This document shows positions 1 through 10,700 of a stretch of 64,000 bases of DNA, piece by piece. The translations under genes were made by a program, and so were the position numbers. Under the pieces are notes generated by a model. That model saw only the letters and a list, made by a program, of their open reading frames with translations, did not search any database and was not told where the DNA came from. The number at the start of each line of letters is the position of its first letter. The stretch's first letter is position 1. Origin of the DNA: Heterodontus francisci (Eukaryota); the NCBI RefSeq assembly GCF_036365525.1, contig NC_090389.1, positions 8,432,001-8,496,000 on the forward strand. The letters are read 5' to 3'.

Positions 1-28
1 AGGAGCTCACTGGAAGCCAAAAGAGACC

Positions 29-718
29 ATGTCAGGTGGTAGACACCATGTGACACCACAGTTCAATGATGACACCCTGCAGATTCTCCTCCGGACTGTA
101 AGGGAAAGGCGGGTGGTCCTCTTCACAAGAGACCCTCCCGCCTGACCAAGCGAGCCTGACGGAGAAAGTGGAGGGGTGTCAGCAGCCTTGGGGTCACCCC
201 CCGAAAGTAGGTCCAGTGCAACAAGAGTTTCAGTGGCCTCCTTCGCTCTGCAAGGTGAGTCCTCCATACCCATCCCATCTTTGGAGCTTGCATGTGACCA
301 CGTGGGAGGGAGCGTGACATGGTCAGGGAGTGGCTGCAAAGTGGGTGGCATGTAGCTAAAGCAACAGTAGATCATGTTAGATGCATGACTGCATCTCCAA
401 GGCAGCCAACCTTCTGTCCTAACTTGCCCCTGCACGTCCCTTGAGAGAGGATGTGAGGAGGAGGCATTTGGGGGCACCCATCAGGGGTCAAAGGGCTGCC
501 ACCAGAACAAGCGACCTGCTGGACTCTGTGGGAAGACTAACAGTGTCCCACTGCTTGCAGGAGAAAACGGCCCACAATACTAGGGAAAGGGCAAAGACTG
601 GAGGTGGGATCCGACATCAGAGAACTGACCCCAGTAGAGGAGGAGGTCCTGGAACAAGTGGGCTCCCAGGGCAGCCGTTACATAGCAGACGGAGAGACTG
701 GAGTGTCCACCGAAGAGA
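29..718 (+). pseudogene. Harbinger Myb/SANT DNA-binding protein gene remnant, exons 1-2
   Basis: The ATG at 29 gives MSGGRHHVTPQFNDDTLQILLRTVRERRVVLF..., then ...VQCNKSFSGLLRSAR, a donor gtgagt at 255, an acceptor ttgcag at 560, and exon 2 EKTAHNTRERAKTGGG (typical Myb/SANT-like Harbinger motif). Contains stops and frameshifts. Confidence 0.7.
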
Positions 719-1000
719 GTGAGGAGAATGTGATCGTGTGCCCACCACCGCCCTTCTCGAGAACCACATGACGCATGTTTGGCATGGGCGGACCCATGCA
801 GAAAAACCTCCAAATGTTTGTGTTTTCTCATACTTGTCATGGCACCTGGGAGGGATGATCGTCTGCTGGAATCCCATCATCCTCTGAGGACAAGGTGGAA
901 GAATCCTCAGAGAATGCACCATCACATTGTTCCCCTGCAACCTCCACCAATGCAGAAACTCTCACCTTGGCTGGTCTGCTCTCGGACTTAGATACAGGAT

Positions 1001-1690
1001 CACTTGCTTCGCAATAACCTGCTCAGTGACGCTCAGTTTCGGTTCTGTCAGGGCCACTCAGCTCCTTACCTCATTACAGCCTTGTTCCAAACATGGACAA
1101 AAGAGGTGATCTCACGAAGTGAGGTGAGAGTGACTGCCCTTGATATCAAGGCAGCATTTGACCGAGTATGGCATCAAGGAGCCCGAGCAAAACTGGAGTC
1201 ATTGGGAATTGGGGGAAAACTCTTTGCTGGAGGAAGATGATTGTGGTTGTTGGAGGTCAATCATCTCAATGCTATCTAGGCCAAAGTAGCCTCCCTGACT
1301 GGCACCCCATCTACAGACATTTCCTCCCTCCACCACCGACGCACAGTGACAGCAGCGTGTACCATCTACAAGATGCACTACAACACCTTCCAAACCCACG
1401 ACCTCTACCAACTAGAAGGACAAGGGCAGCAAATGTATGGGAACATCACTACCTGCAAGTTCCCCTCCAAGACACACACATCCTGACTTGGAACTATATC
1501 GCCGTTCCTTCACTGTCACTGGGTCAAAATCCTGGAACTCCCTTCCTAACAGCACTATGGGTGTACCTACCCCACATGGACTGCAATGGTTCAAGAAGTT
1601 GGCTCATCACCACCATCTCAAGGGCAATTAGGGATGGGCAATAAACGCTGGCCTTACAGCGACACCCACATCCCATGAACCAAACAAAAA
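1001..1690 (+). mobile_element. LINE family B (CR1/L2-group) 3' fragment with internal deletions
   Basis: RT piece NNLLSDAQFRF...ALDIKAAFDRVWHQG. The 3' tail aagggcaattagggatgggcaataaa...cccacatcccatgaa matches the copy at 45379-47160. Confidence 0.85.
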
Positions 1691-2859
1691 CAAGTGGGTG
1701 AGATCACCGCATACACGACGAAACAGCTAACAGAGGTCGTGACTGGTGAGGCCAATGACAATCGGAGGCCTGGGGCTTGTTGAGCCCCTGGTTGATGATG
1801 AGCCGCTATTGTCAACAGCATGGAACATGCTAGAGTTGCAGAGAGATGTAAGGGAACATGTGGCGCAGCTGCCAGAGGCAGTGTGCGGTCATACACGGAC
1901 GATGAACAAGTCCATCCATGCCATGAGTGGTGCATGTCTCAGGCATGTGAGTGCAGGGCTTCCTCCATTGAAAGGTTGGCAACCCTCCTGGAGAGCCCGA
2001 TCCTACAGAGGCACGCAGACCTGTAAACCATCGCCTTGGCCATGAGCTCAATGTAGCAGTGGCAAGGTGAGAGAAGAACAAGGTGCCTGGTGTCTTCTTC
2101 AGGTCCGCATTCATCTATGGTCATCAGGGAGGTTCAAGTAATCCTTGAAAGGGAGGCGGAGAAGCTGCCCTCTACATCTGGAGGATCCCCTTAGGGCATT
2201 ATAGTGTGGACAGAGGCTCCGCAGCCCCTCTGCCAGTGAGCCCAGCTTCAGTAGCTACAATGGCTGAGGAGGCTCCAGCACCAGTGCAGGAACCCTCTCA
2301 GCCAGCCAAGGCCCTCCAGACCTCAAGCAGCCAGAGGACGCCCGCAAAAGTCATCCCAGGCCACGGGGCAGCACTTTCAGTAGCCTGCCTTTACCTCAGC
2401 TGCCAGCGCAGGGGAAGCACTTTGTGGAATCTCATGGAAGTACGAGAGAAAAAGTACCTAGACGCACTTGGGGGTTTCACGGGTGTGGTCTTGTTACTGG
2501 GTGTTGTGAACTTTTAAATAGATGGATGTCACTTTCATTGCTGAGAAACACTCATGCTTTCCCTGCTGACCTGTCAGATGCAATCTTCACACTTGCTCCC
2601 TCAATGGGCTGCCAGTGCAGAGGCAGGCTGCATACAGGCAGCTTCTCAGCTTTGTACGTGTGCCTGGTGAGCCTGGGGGCAAGGCGCAGGATTGCGATAA
2701 GAAAGAGGCAACACGCGGAATACAGTGAGGTCAGTCTTTATTGAGTTTCTTGGAACAGGAATCATGGTGGCAGAAACTGGGTATGTCAGAGATTTTCCCA
2801 AGCCTCCCATGCGTGTCTCTCAATTACCCTCGCCTCCCATACTGCGCTGTCTGATCAGT

Positions 2860-3490
2860 ATCCTCCTCCTCATCGAATGAGGAATGACAATCAATCGTGT
2901 CCTCTAGATGCAAGGCTTCCCCCCTCTACAGTGTTAGATTGTGCAGAGCACAGCAGACCACCACAATACGTGAGAACCTCGCTGGGACATACTGCAGGGC
3001 TCCACCGGATTGATCCAGGCACCAGAATCTCATCTTCACCAGCCCAATGGCCTGCTCGATGGTCGCTCGGGTGGAGCTGTGGCTGGTGTTGTATCTCTCC
3101 TCTGCTGCAGTGCGAGGGTTCCTCACAGGCGTGAGTAGCCATGTCTTCAATGGGTAGCCCTTATCCCCAAGAATCCATACACATGTCCTCAGTGGATCCC
3201 TGAAGAGATCCGCGGGCATAAAAGTTGACTGCCACGGTAATCCTCAGGTCCATGGGCACAGGATGTCCACCAAAGCCCATGGGTCACAGCTTACCCTGCA
3301 GCATGGCACATAGGTTGGTGATGCTGTCCCTGGAGAGCCACAGTCTTCACTGACACTGGCTCTTGGACATTGGAGGTAACTGAGGCGAGTCGAGTACACT
3401 CTCTGCCGCAGGTTAAGCCCTTCTTGGCTGCTGTGACTCCCTAGCCGCTGCCTGGCCCTGCCTCCATCTGAGTCTCTGCTGCACAGCGCG
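2860..3490 (-). pseudogene. Harbinger (HARBI1-like) DDE transposase remnant, internally deleted
   Basis: ORF 2926-3219: [21 protein letters not shown]...[23 protein letters not shown]...[11 protein letters not shown], which carries the GDxGYP, RxxIE and CCALHN motifs. An N-terminal fragment lies near 3300-3420. Confidence 0.88.
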
Positions 3491-4149
3491 GGGATCTACA
3501 AAGACTGGGTGTATGAGCTCCATTCCAGCTAGTGGCTCCCCCTTCCTGTGTGCTGTCTGGAGAGATGAGCTTGCCTTTGGAGCCTTCCCCTTGCCACTCT
3601 CTTCTAATCATGGGCTAATGCCCCTCTGCGCCCACCCTTGCCTTGAGAGCTGCACCCACTTTGCATCCACACTTGCCTCGAGGGCTGCGCCACTGTCGGG
3701 CAATGGCTGCCGCACCCTCCATTCTCCTTCCTGGAGTCATGCAGCACTCATCACGGCTGCTTTCCCATGGCGGCACTGAGGTCTTGCCTTGTTGCTGCTA
3801 CCTTTAAATGGTCGGGGATCTGAAGGCACATGATTCACAGTTTCCATTCGCTAAGTTGCACACTCACCACTAAGTCCAAGTCAGGCCAATACAGATATAT
3901 GCTAAATACCTTTTCAGCAATTACAATTGCAGTCCCGCTGTGTTGTAGTGGCAACGCCACTTTGGAGCTTTCCCGATGCTGCCAAAATCTGGAACCAATG
4001 TCACGGTGTCTGGTTTCCAGGCAAGAGCTCCTCTCCCAATTTCTTGGACCCCCACGCCTCCAGTCTTGCTTTCAGTGGCTGGATAAAATCCATCCCAATG
4101 AGCTGACTGGCCTCCTACTATTCTATGATTCTATGAAACAGTCTTCACC

Positions 4150-4530
4150 TCCCTAGACTCTTCCCCTCCTTCTGCACTCTTCCTTGTCTTCAATACCCTT
4201 CCTCTCCCTCCACACTTCTTCCCTCTAGACCCTTTCTCTGACTACAATCTTCCACTTCCCACGCTGTTTATTCCCCTCTATGTTCTTCCTTTCCATCAAT
4301 TCTTCCTCTTCCACATGTTCTCTTGCTCCCCCACATACATTTTCTTCCCTACATGTTCCTCTTCTCCCCTACATGGCCTTTGTTCCTCAAACATTCTTCG
4401 CTTCCATTTCCCTTCCCAACATGCTTTCTCCCTCATATTCTCTTCTTCCGACATGCTGTTCCTCTAACTACACATGCTTCCTCTGTCTCCAATTCTCCCT
4501 TCTCCAGTTATTCTTTCTCTCTCTAAATCC
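4150..4530 (+). repeat. Polypyrimidine low-complexity tract
   Basis: Strongly C/T-rich on the + strand (cttcttccctct-type). Confidence 0.7.
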
Positions 4531-4574
4531 TTGTCATGTTGAGATCATGACTCATGGCATCTATTAAATAAAAT

Positions 4575-4895
4575 CAGAGAGTTCTCCCAGCATTCTAATC
4601 AGCACCCTACCCTCAACCAAAATTACCTAAACAGATTAACTGCACTTTCATTTCATTGTCATCTTTGGGATCTTGTTGTGCTCAAACCAACTGCCCATTT
4701 GCCTGCAAGACAAAAGTAATTGCACTTCCAAGTATCTCATTGTGGGGTTAATTTTGACTTTGTGTGATAGTACTCCTTCAGTACTGCACTGAAGTGTCAG
4801 CCGAGATTACTTGCTCAAATCTCTGCAGTAAGGCTTGAACCCACAACCTTCTAACTAATAGGTAAAATTGCCACCCATTGAACCACAGCTGGCAC
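4575..4895. mobile_element. Deu-domain SINE (SacSINE1/AmnSINE1-like) fragments: 3' part on +, 5' part on -
   Basis: gagagttctccc...ccctcaacc...aaacagatta...gggatcttgttgtg resembles the Deu domain. 4770-4895 is the reverse complement of the head seen at 51791 (agaaggttgtgggttcaag...cagtgcagtactga). Confidence 0.55.
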
Positions 4896-5838
4896 CAAAT
4901 AATCCGACAGGGATTCTGGATGAAATGTGATTAATGGGCTGAATGGCTGTTTTGTACTCTGGAATTTCTTTTCGGTTTTATTGCTTTAGTTTGCCAGTCA
5001 CATGGGATATAAAGATACCAGATTACATCAACCTGTTGAAATGGTACGCAGCACATTGAAATAATCAGGCAGCACATCACCTGGTCTGAGCTGTTTCAGC
5101 GCATTCAGTTTTAAGTTGGTCCTAAAAAGGGGTCAAGAATTGCTCTGGATTAGAGGAGAGGCAGTGGCTCATCAGTCATGTCACAACAGCCATCTTAAGC
5201 AGACATCCTGACAGTCACCTTGATACAACAAGGCTGGGCCTGAAGTAACGTGAGAGAGGCAGAGGTTTGGGTCTAGATCTGGGTCTGTGCCTGAAAGGGT
5301 TTTTACACAGCCCTTAAAATCCTGTATTCTTTCCAGCTACAATCATTTCCCTACTACTATCCAGATAATTTCCAAATTCTTGGATTTCCTTGGAAGCTGA
5401 AGCAGTATCACTATTTAAGGAACATGTCTGTCAATTCCCAGTGGGTGGCAGTGCTTGAAAATATGAAACTTTGGAGACCGCTGAGTATGTGTTGACACTG
5501 CAGTCAGTGACACAGAACATAAACAGCGATGCGTTTAGGTTAACTTGCACCATTACAGCAATTTATACATCGTGAACATAGAAAGTTCTCCAAGCTCCCT
5601 GTTCAGCAAACTTATTAACAGTCAAGATAGCACTGCACAAACTCTCATGGCCTAAAATAAGAATTCCATTATAATCAGTGATATAGACATAAATTAATCT
5701 CAGGTTGCAAGAATATATCACTGAGACTAAGGAGTAAACGTCCTCCATTCATTCACAGAACAAACATATTGATCACTGTCCAGAAAGTGCTGGAAATACT
5801 CAGCAGATCTGGCAACATCTGTGTAGAGATGAACAGAA

Positions 5839-6415
5839 TGCACCAGTTAATGGTGACTGACAGTTAACTGCTAAGCTTTGGAATTTAAACCAAGCAGCTT
5901 GACTCTGATTGGTCAATCCATTGCCCTGAGGAATGAACCAGCGAATGGCTGTCACGTATTTTGTTTAGCTGAAACAGGTGCAATGTGTATACATGTTCTT
6001 TCTGTCTGCAATGAACAGGGCCCTGTGTATTATTATATGTAGCTTCTAGTACATGCAAATGCGCCACGCTGCAAGTCCTACTGACAATTTTAAATTGGTT
6101 GTCAGCGTAATTCTTAGCACACTGAAGATTATTTAGCAAATGTTGTCCAATCACACAATCATATCTTATGTTGGACACTGTGCTTTGAGTTTTGCAAGCA
6201 CGGGCTGGTTGGGTACGGCCTGTACCTTACCCATTGTGAACAGTGGAAGGGACATGTTTCTTGATACAATCCACCAGTCTTTGGGTGGTATGGCCTATAT
6301 ACCTAGCATCACACTGGCATTGAAATTCATATATCATTTTACTCATTTGTGTGATAGGCAGGACGTCTTTTTGGCTTGACGGCAGCAGCCTGTTAGTGGC
6401 GTACAGCACAACGCT
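5839..6415 (-). mobile_element. Penelope-like element, GIY-YIG endonuclease and 3' region (left arm of an inverted pair)
   Basis: IYEFQCQCDARYIGHTTQRL (GIY-YIG) and IGQHLLNN...LEATY. Inverted homology to 7254-7540. Confidence 0.8.
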
Positions 6416-6424
6416 TGCTAACTA

Positions 6425-6925
6425 AAAAAATTTATTTGTTCATTAGATGTGGGCGTCGCTGGCTGGGCCCATCTTCTTGGACCGCTGCAGTCCATGTGGG
6501 GTAGGTACCCACTGTGCTGTTAAGAAGGGAGTTCCAGGATTTTGACCCAGCGACAGTGAAGGAACGGCGATATAGTTCCAAGTCAGGATAGTGTGTGGCT
6601 TGGAGGGGAACTTGCAGGTGATAGTGTTCCCATGAATCTGCTGCCCTAGTCCTTCCAAGTAGTACAGGTCACGGGTTTGGAAGATACTCTCCAAGGAGCC
6701 TTGGTGCATTGCATCTTGTAGATGATACACACTGCTGCCACTGTGCGTCGGTGGTGGAGGGAGTGAATGTTTATGGATGGGGTACCAATCAAGTGGGCTG
6801 CTTTGTCCTGGATGGCATTGAGCTTCTTGAGTGTAGTTGGAGTTTCACCCATCCAGGCATATTCCATCACATTCCTGAATTGTGCCTTGTAGATGGTGGA
6901 CAGGCTTTGGGGAATCAGGAGGGTT
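6425..6925 (-). mobile_element. LINE family B 3' fragment
   Basis: PQSLSTIYKAQ...IQDKAAHLIGTPS matches ORF 46415-47104. Confidence 0.85.
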
Positions 6926-7249
6926 TGATACAACAATGGCCTTGCTCGGCCATTTCAGAGGGCATTTAACAGTCAACCACATTGTGGATCTGGAGTCACC
7001 TGTAGGCCAGGCCAGGTAACGACAGCAGATTTCCTTCCCTAAAGGACATTAGTGAACCAGGCAGGTTTTTACAACAATCGCTAATGGTTTTGTGGCCGTC
7101 ATTAGACTCACTTTTAATTCCAGATTTATTAATTGAATTCAAATTCCACCATCTGCTGTGGTAGGATTCAAAACCATGTCCCCAGAGCAATACCCTGGGT
7201 CTCTGGGTTACTAGTCCAGTGACACTACCACTACGCCACCGCCTCCCCC
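6926..7249 (-). mobile_element. tRNA-derived SINE (partner of LINE family B)
   Basis: A box ggtggcgtagtgg, B box ggttttgaatcc, and core tttagggaaggaaatctgc shared with the copies at 49044 and 31660. Confidence 0.8.
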
Positions 7250-7253
7250 ATGC

Positions 7254-7730
7254 TAATCCTCAGTGTGCTAAGAATCACGCTGACAACCAATTTAAGATTG
7301 CCATTAGGGCTCGTAGTGTGGCACATTTGCGCATACTGGAAGCTACATATATTAAAACACAGGGCCCTGTTCTTTACAGACAGAAAGTACATTGCGGCTG
7401 TTTCAGCTAAACAAAATAAGTGACAGCCATTCGTTTGTTCATTCCTCAGAGCAATGCCTTGACCAATCAGAGTCAAGCTGCCTGGTTTATATTTCAAACA
7501 AAGCTTGGCAGTTAACTGTCAGTCACCATTAACTGGTGCAGTCTCCATGGCAATGCCTCTACTAATCAGAGTTCACTTGCTAACCAATCAGTACTCTCTT
7601 CTCATACAGTATAAAAATGTTGCTTTCCCTTACATTGGTATTCTTGCAGATTGTCCTGATGACGGAAAGCTTCAACAGCATGTCTCTATTTTCAGCAAAA
7701 CTCAAGTTCTGCACTACCAAACGTCTATCA
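7254..7730 (+). mobile_element. Penelope-like element 3' region/pLTR (right arm of an inverted pair)
   Basis: NPQCAKNHADNQFKI...LEATYI matches the left arm. A degenerate hammerhead remnant ctgatga..gaaa lies at about 7656-7668. Confidence 0.75.
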
Positions 7731-10700
7731 AAAATAACTATTTCAGAGTGACATTACAGACATTACAATGAAAGTCCATACACCTTTCAGGTATCAGGAC
7801 CATGAGGCATTTGTCAAGCATTCTCAATGTGGAAAGAAGTTTAATTATAGCAAACTGTTATAATACACAACACACAACATAAAACACACAGCACTAAAGC
7901 ATACAAAACACAGCATGTACAATACGCCAGCACAACTGTGGTCTCCTGCAGATTGCTTGATCATTTTTGGGGGATTGGAAAGGACTCTTCCAGAGTTTAG
8001 TTCCCAAATTGGCCTCGGCATCTATCCTCTTCCTTAGGAGGCTGCGTGGACATTGATGGGTGGGGAGATGGGATGGTGGTGTACACAAGTCACACTAAGC
8101 CAGTATAGGACTGGCCAGATGCACTAGCTGGTCTTTACCTGTTCTCCTATCTCGTATCGTCATATCTGTAATATTCTTACAGTCCCAGTCTATTATGTCT
8201 TGTAAATTCAATTTGAGTGGAATGGGTGTTCGTACAGGAGCTGAGATTTGATGTGCTTTATCAAATGCTTTTCACTCAACATATTACTCCCACTCTTCAT
8301 GAAGGTGCTGACTCCTTGTTGAGATATGGTTTGATAGATACCAGCTGCCCTATGTTATTTCACCCGGGTCACATTGCCATGTGTAAGTCTCAGCAATGTT
8401 TGTTGACAGCTCATTTAGTAATGGAGGATATGGCACATGTGCTTCTGGCTGGTATTACTGGGTAGTATCAGTCGTGGCCATCCTGCCTGATTTCCTCCCA
8501 CCTATATCCAGTGGTACTGAGGCCAGTTAGTCTGCTCCTGTTGCCATGGTAGATGGGATCAGCTAGCTTAGCTCAGATGGGGATTAACTTTCCTGGTCTG
8601 TATGTCTCAGCCACTCACTAAATCAGCTAACACAGCCAGGAAGGGTTGGTGAGCTTGCTCTCTTATTAAGGATGGGAAGGCAGGGGCAGGCAATTTCTGT
8701 TGATCCCTCCATTGAATCATTGTGTCCCATTTGTAACTGTCAGCTCCAAACAAGAGCTGAAAGTCACCCCACCCCTTTCTTTGCATTTCTCAGCTTCCCT
8801 TGTTACAGTGAGACAAGACCTTGGTACAACAGCAAAGACACAGAGAGAACAGCCGAAAGTTGAATAAGTCAAACATGCAACAAATATTCAACTTCTGGAC
8901 TTACATCAGATGTTCCTGCTTTTGCATCAAAGTATAAAACGTCTCGCTCCTAAAAGAAATATAAAAATAAATAAAAGAAGAGGCTTCAGATTAGTGTGTC
9001 TTCACCATCAAACGCCAATATGCAGTTTGGATGATGATACTACAGACAAGATGATTCTGTGGGGCTCAGCAGATTTAACACAAAGCTGCATTTCCTAAAT
9101 CACTTGCAGTGGATTCAATTCAGTAAATCCTCTCTCACTCACCAATTTTCAATTTTTGCCTCATGATCAATGTTCTCAGGATCAGCCTCAAGTGACAATT
9201 CACACCCCTGAACGAAATTCCTATTTTGCTATTGGTCGCCAGTTGATTCCAGTCTGAGTGTTTGAAGCTTCCACTTTCTGAAATGCTGGCCTTCACTGGA
9301 TAGACAACAGAGTGCAGCCTGAACAGCTTTCACCATAATACGTGGACCTGTCATGGCACTGCTCATGGTAACTTAGAGGTTAAGTCATGATTTAGTAATG
9401 TTCTTGTAACATTGGTTAAACCTAACATTTATTTAAAAGTGTAAGAGTAATGCCAGTTTCTGTTACATTTAATAGGTAACACTACCATGCCCACTAACTT
9501 TCTTTCTGCATTGTCATGGAAGATTCAATAGTTATTATTCCGCTATGGTACAGGTCTGTTCCTTTTTGTCTACAAAGTCTAATTGCTATAAATTGGAGAC
9601 CTTGAGGTCAGTTATAAGTTAATTGCTGTTAGCAAGGGAACATAATAAACTGCCAAGTGCTTCTGACTCCAGGTCTGAAAAATAATAGTACAAAAAAGCG
9701 AGCCCTGGAGACATGTGAGAGTGCATGTTGAGGGGTTCCCTCAGTGAGTGCGATCAGGGTTCTCTCAGTGTGAGTGTGTGTCAGGGTTCCTTCAGTGTGA
9801 GTGTTGGGGTTTGCTCGGCGAGAGTGTGTTGGGGTTTGCTCAGCGTTAGTGTGTTGGGGTTTGCTCGGCGTGAGTGTGTTGGGGGTTTGCTCAGTGTGAC
9901 TGTGTTGGGGGTTTGCTCAGCGTGACTGTGTTGGGGTTTGCTCGGCGTGAGTGTGTTGGGGGTTTGCTCAGTGTGAGTGTGTTGGGGTTTGCTCCGTGTG
10001 AGTGTGTTGGGGTTTGCTTGGCGTGAGTGTGTTGGGGGTTTGCTCAGTGTGAGCGTGTTGGGGGTTTGCTCAGTGTGAGCGTGTTGGGGGTTTGCTCAGT
10101 GTGAGTGTGTTGGGGTTTGCTCCGTGTGAGTGTGTTGGGGTTTGCTCCGTGTGAGTGTGTTGGGGTTTGCTCAGTGTGAGTGTGTTGGGGTTTGCTCAGT
10201 GTGAGTGTGTTGGGGTTTGATCAGTGTGAGAGTGTTGGGGTTTGCTCCGTGTGAGTGTGTTGGGGTTTGCTCAGTGTGAGTGTGTTGGGGGTTTGCTCTG
10301 TGTGAGTGTGTTGGGGTTTGCTCCGTGTGAGTGTGTTGGGGTTTGCTCAGTGTGAGTGTGTTGGGGTTTGCTCAGTGTGAGTGTGTTGGGGGTTTGCTCC
10401 GTGTGAGTGTGTTGGGGTTTGCTCAGTGTGAGCGTGTTGAGGGTTTGCTCCGTGTGAGCGTGTTGGGGTTTGCTCAGTGTGAGCGTGTTGGGGTTTGCTC
10501 AGTGTGAGTGTGTTGGGGTTTGCTCAGTGTGAGCGTGTTGGGGGTTTGCTCAGTGTGAGTGTGTTGGGAGTTTGCTCAGTGTGAGCGTGTTGGGGTTTGC
10601 TCCGTGTGAGCGTGTTGGGGTTTGCTCAGTGTGAGCGTGTTGGGGTTTGCTCCGTGTGAGCGTGTTGGGGTTTGCTCAGTGTGAGCGTGTTGGGGGTTTG

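Larger units (their letters stand above)
1..4096. mobile_element. Decayed PIF/Harbinger DNA transposon (Myb/SANT gene on +, transposase on -, convergent); left end lies outside the window
   Basis: Both Harbinger genes are recognisable (next two entries). The right end resembles a Harbinger TIR (ggataaaatccatccc, 4081-4096). Interrupted by a LINE at about 1001-1690. Confidence 0.75.

Noticed and set aside
4280-4567. Ser/Leu/Phe/Pro-rich ORFs
   Set aside because: They result from the polypyrimidine tract.
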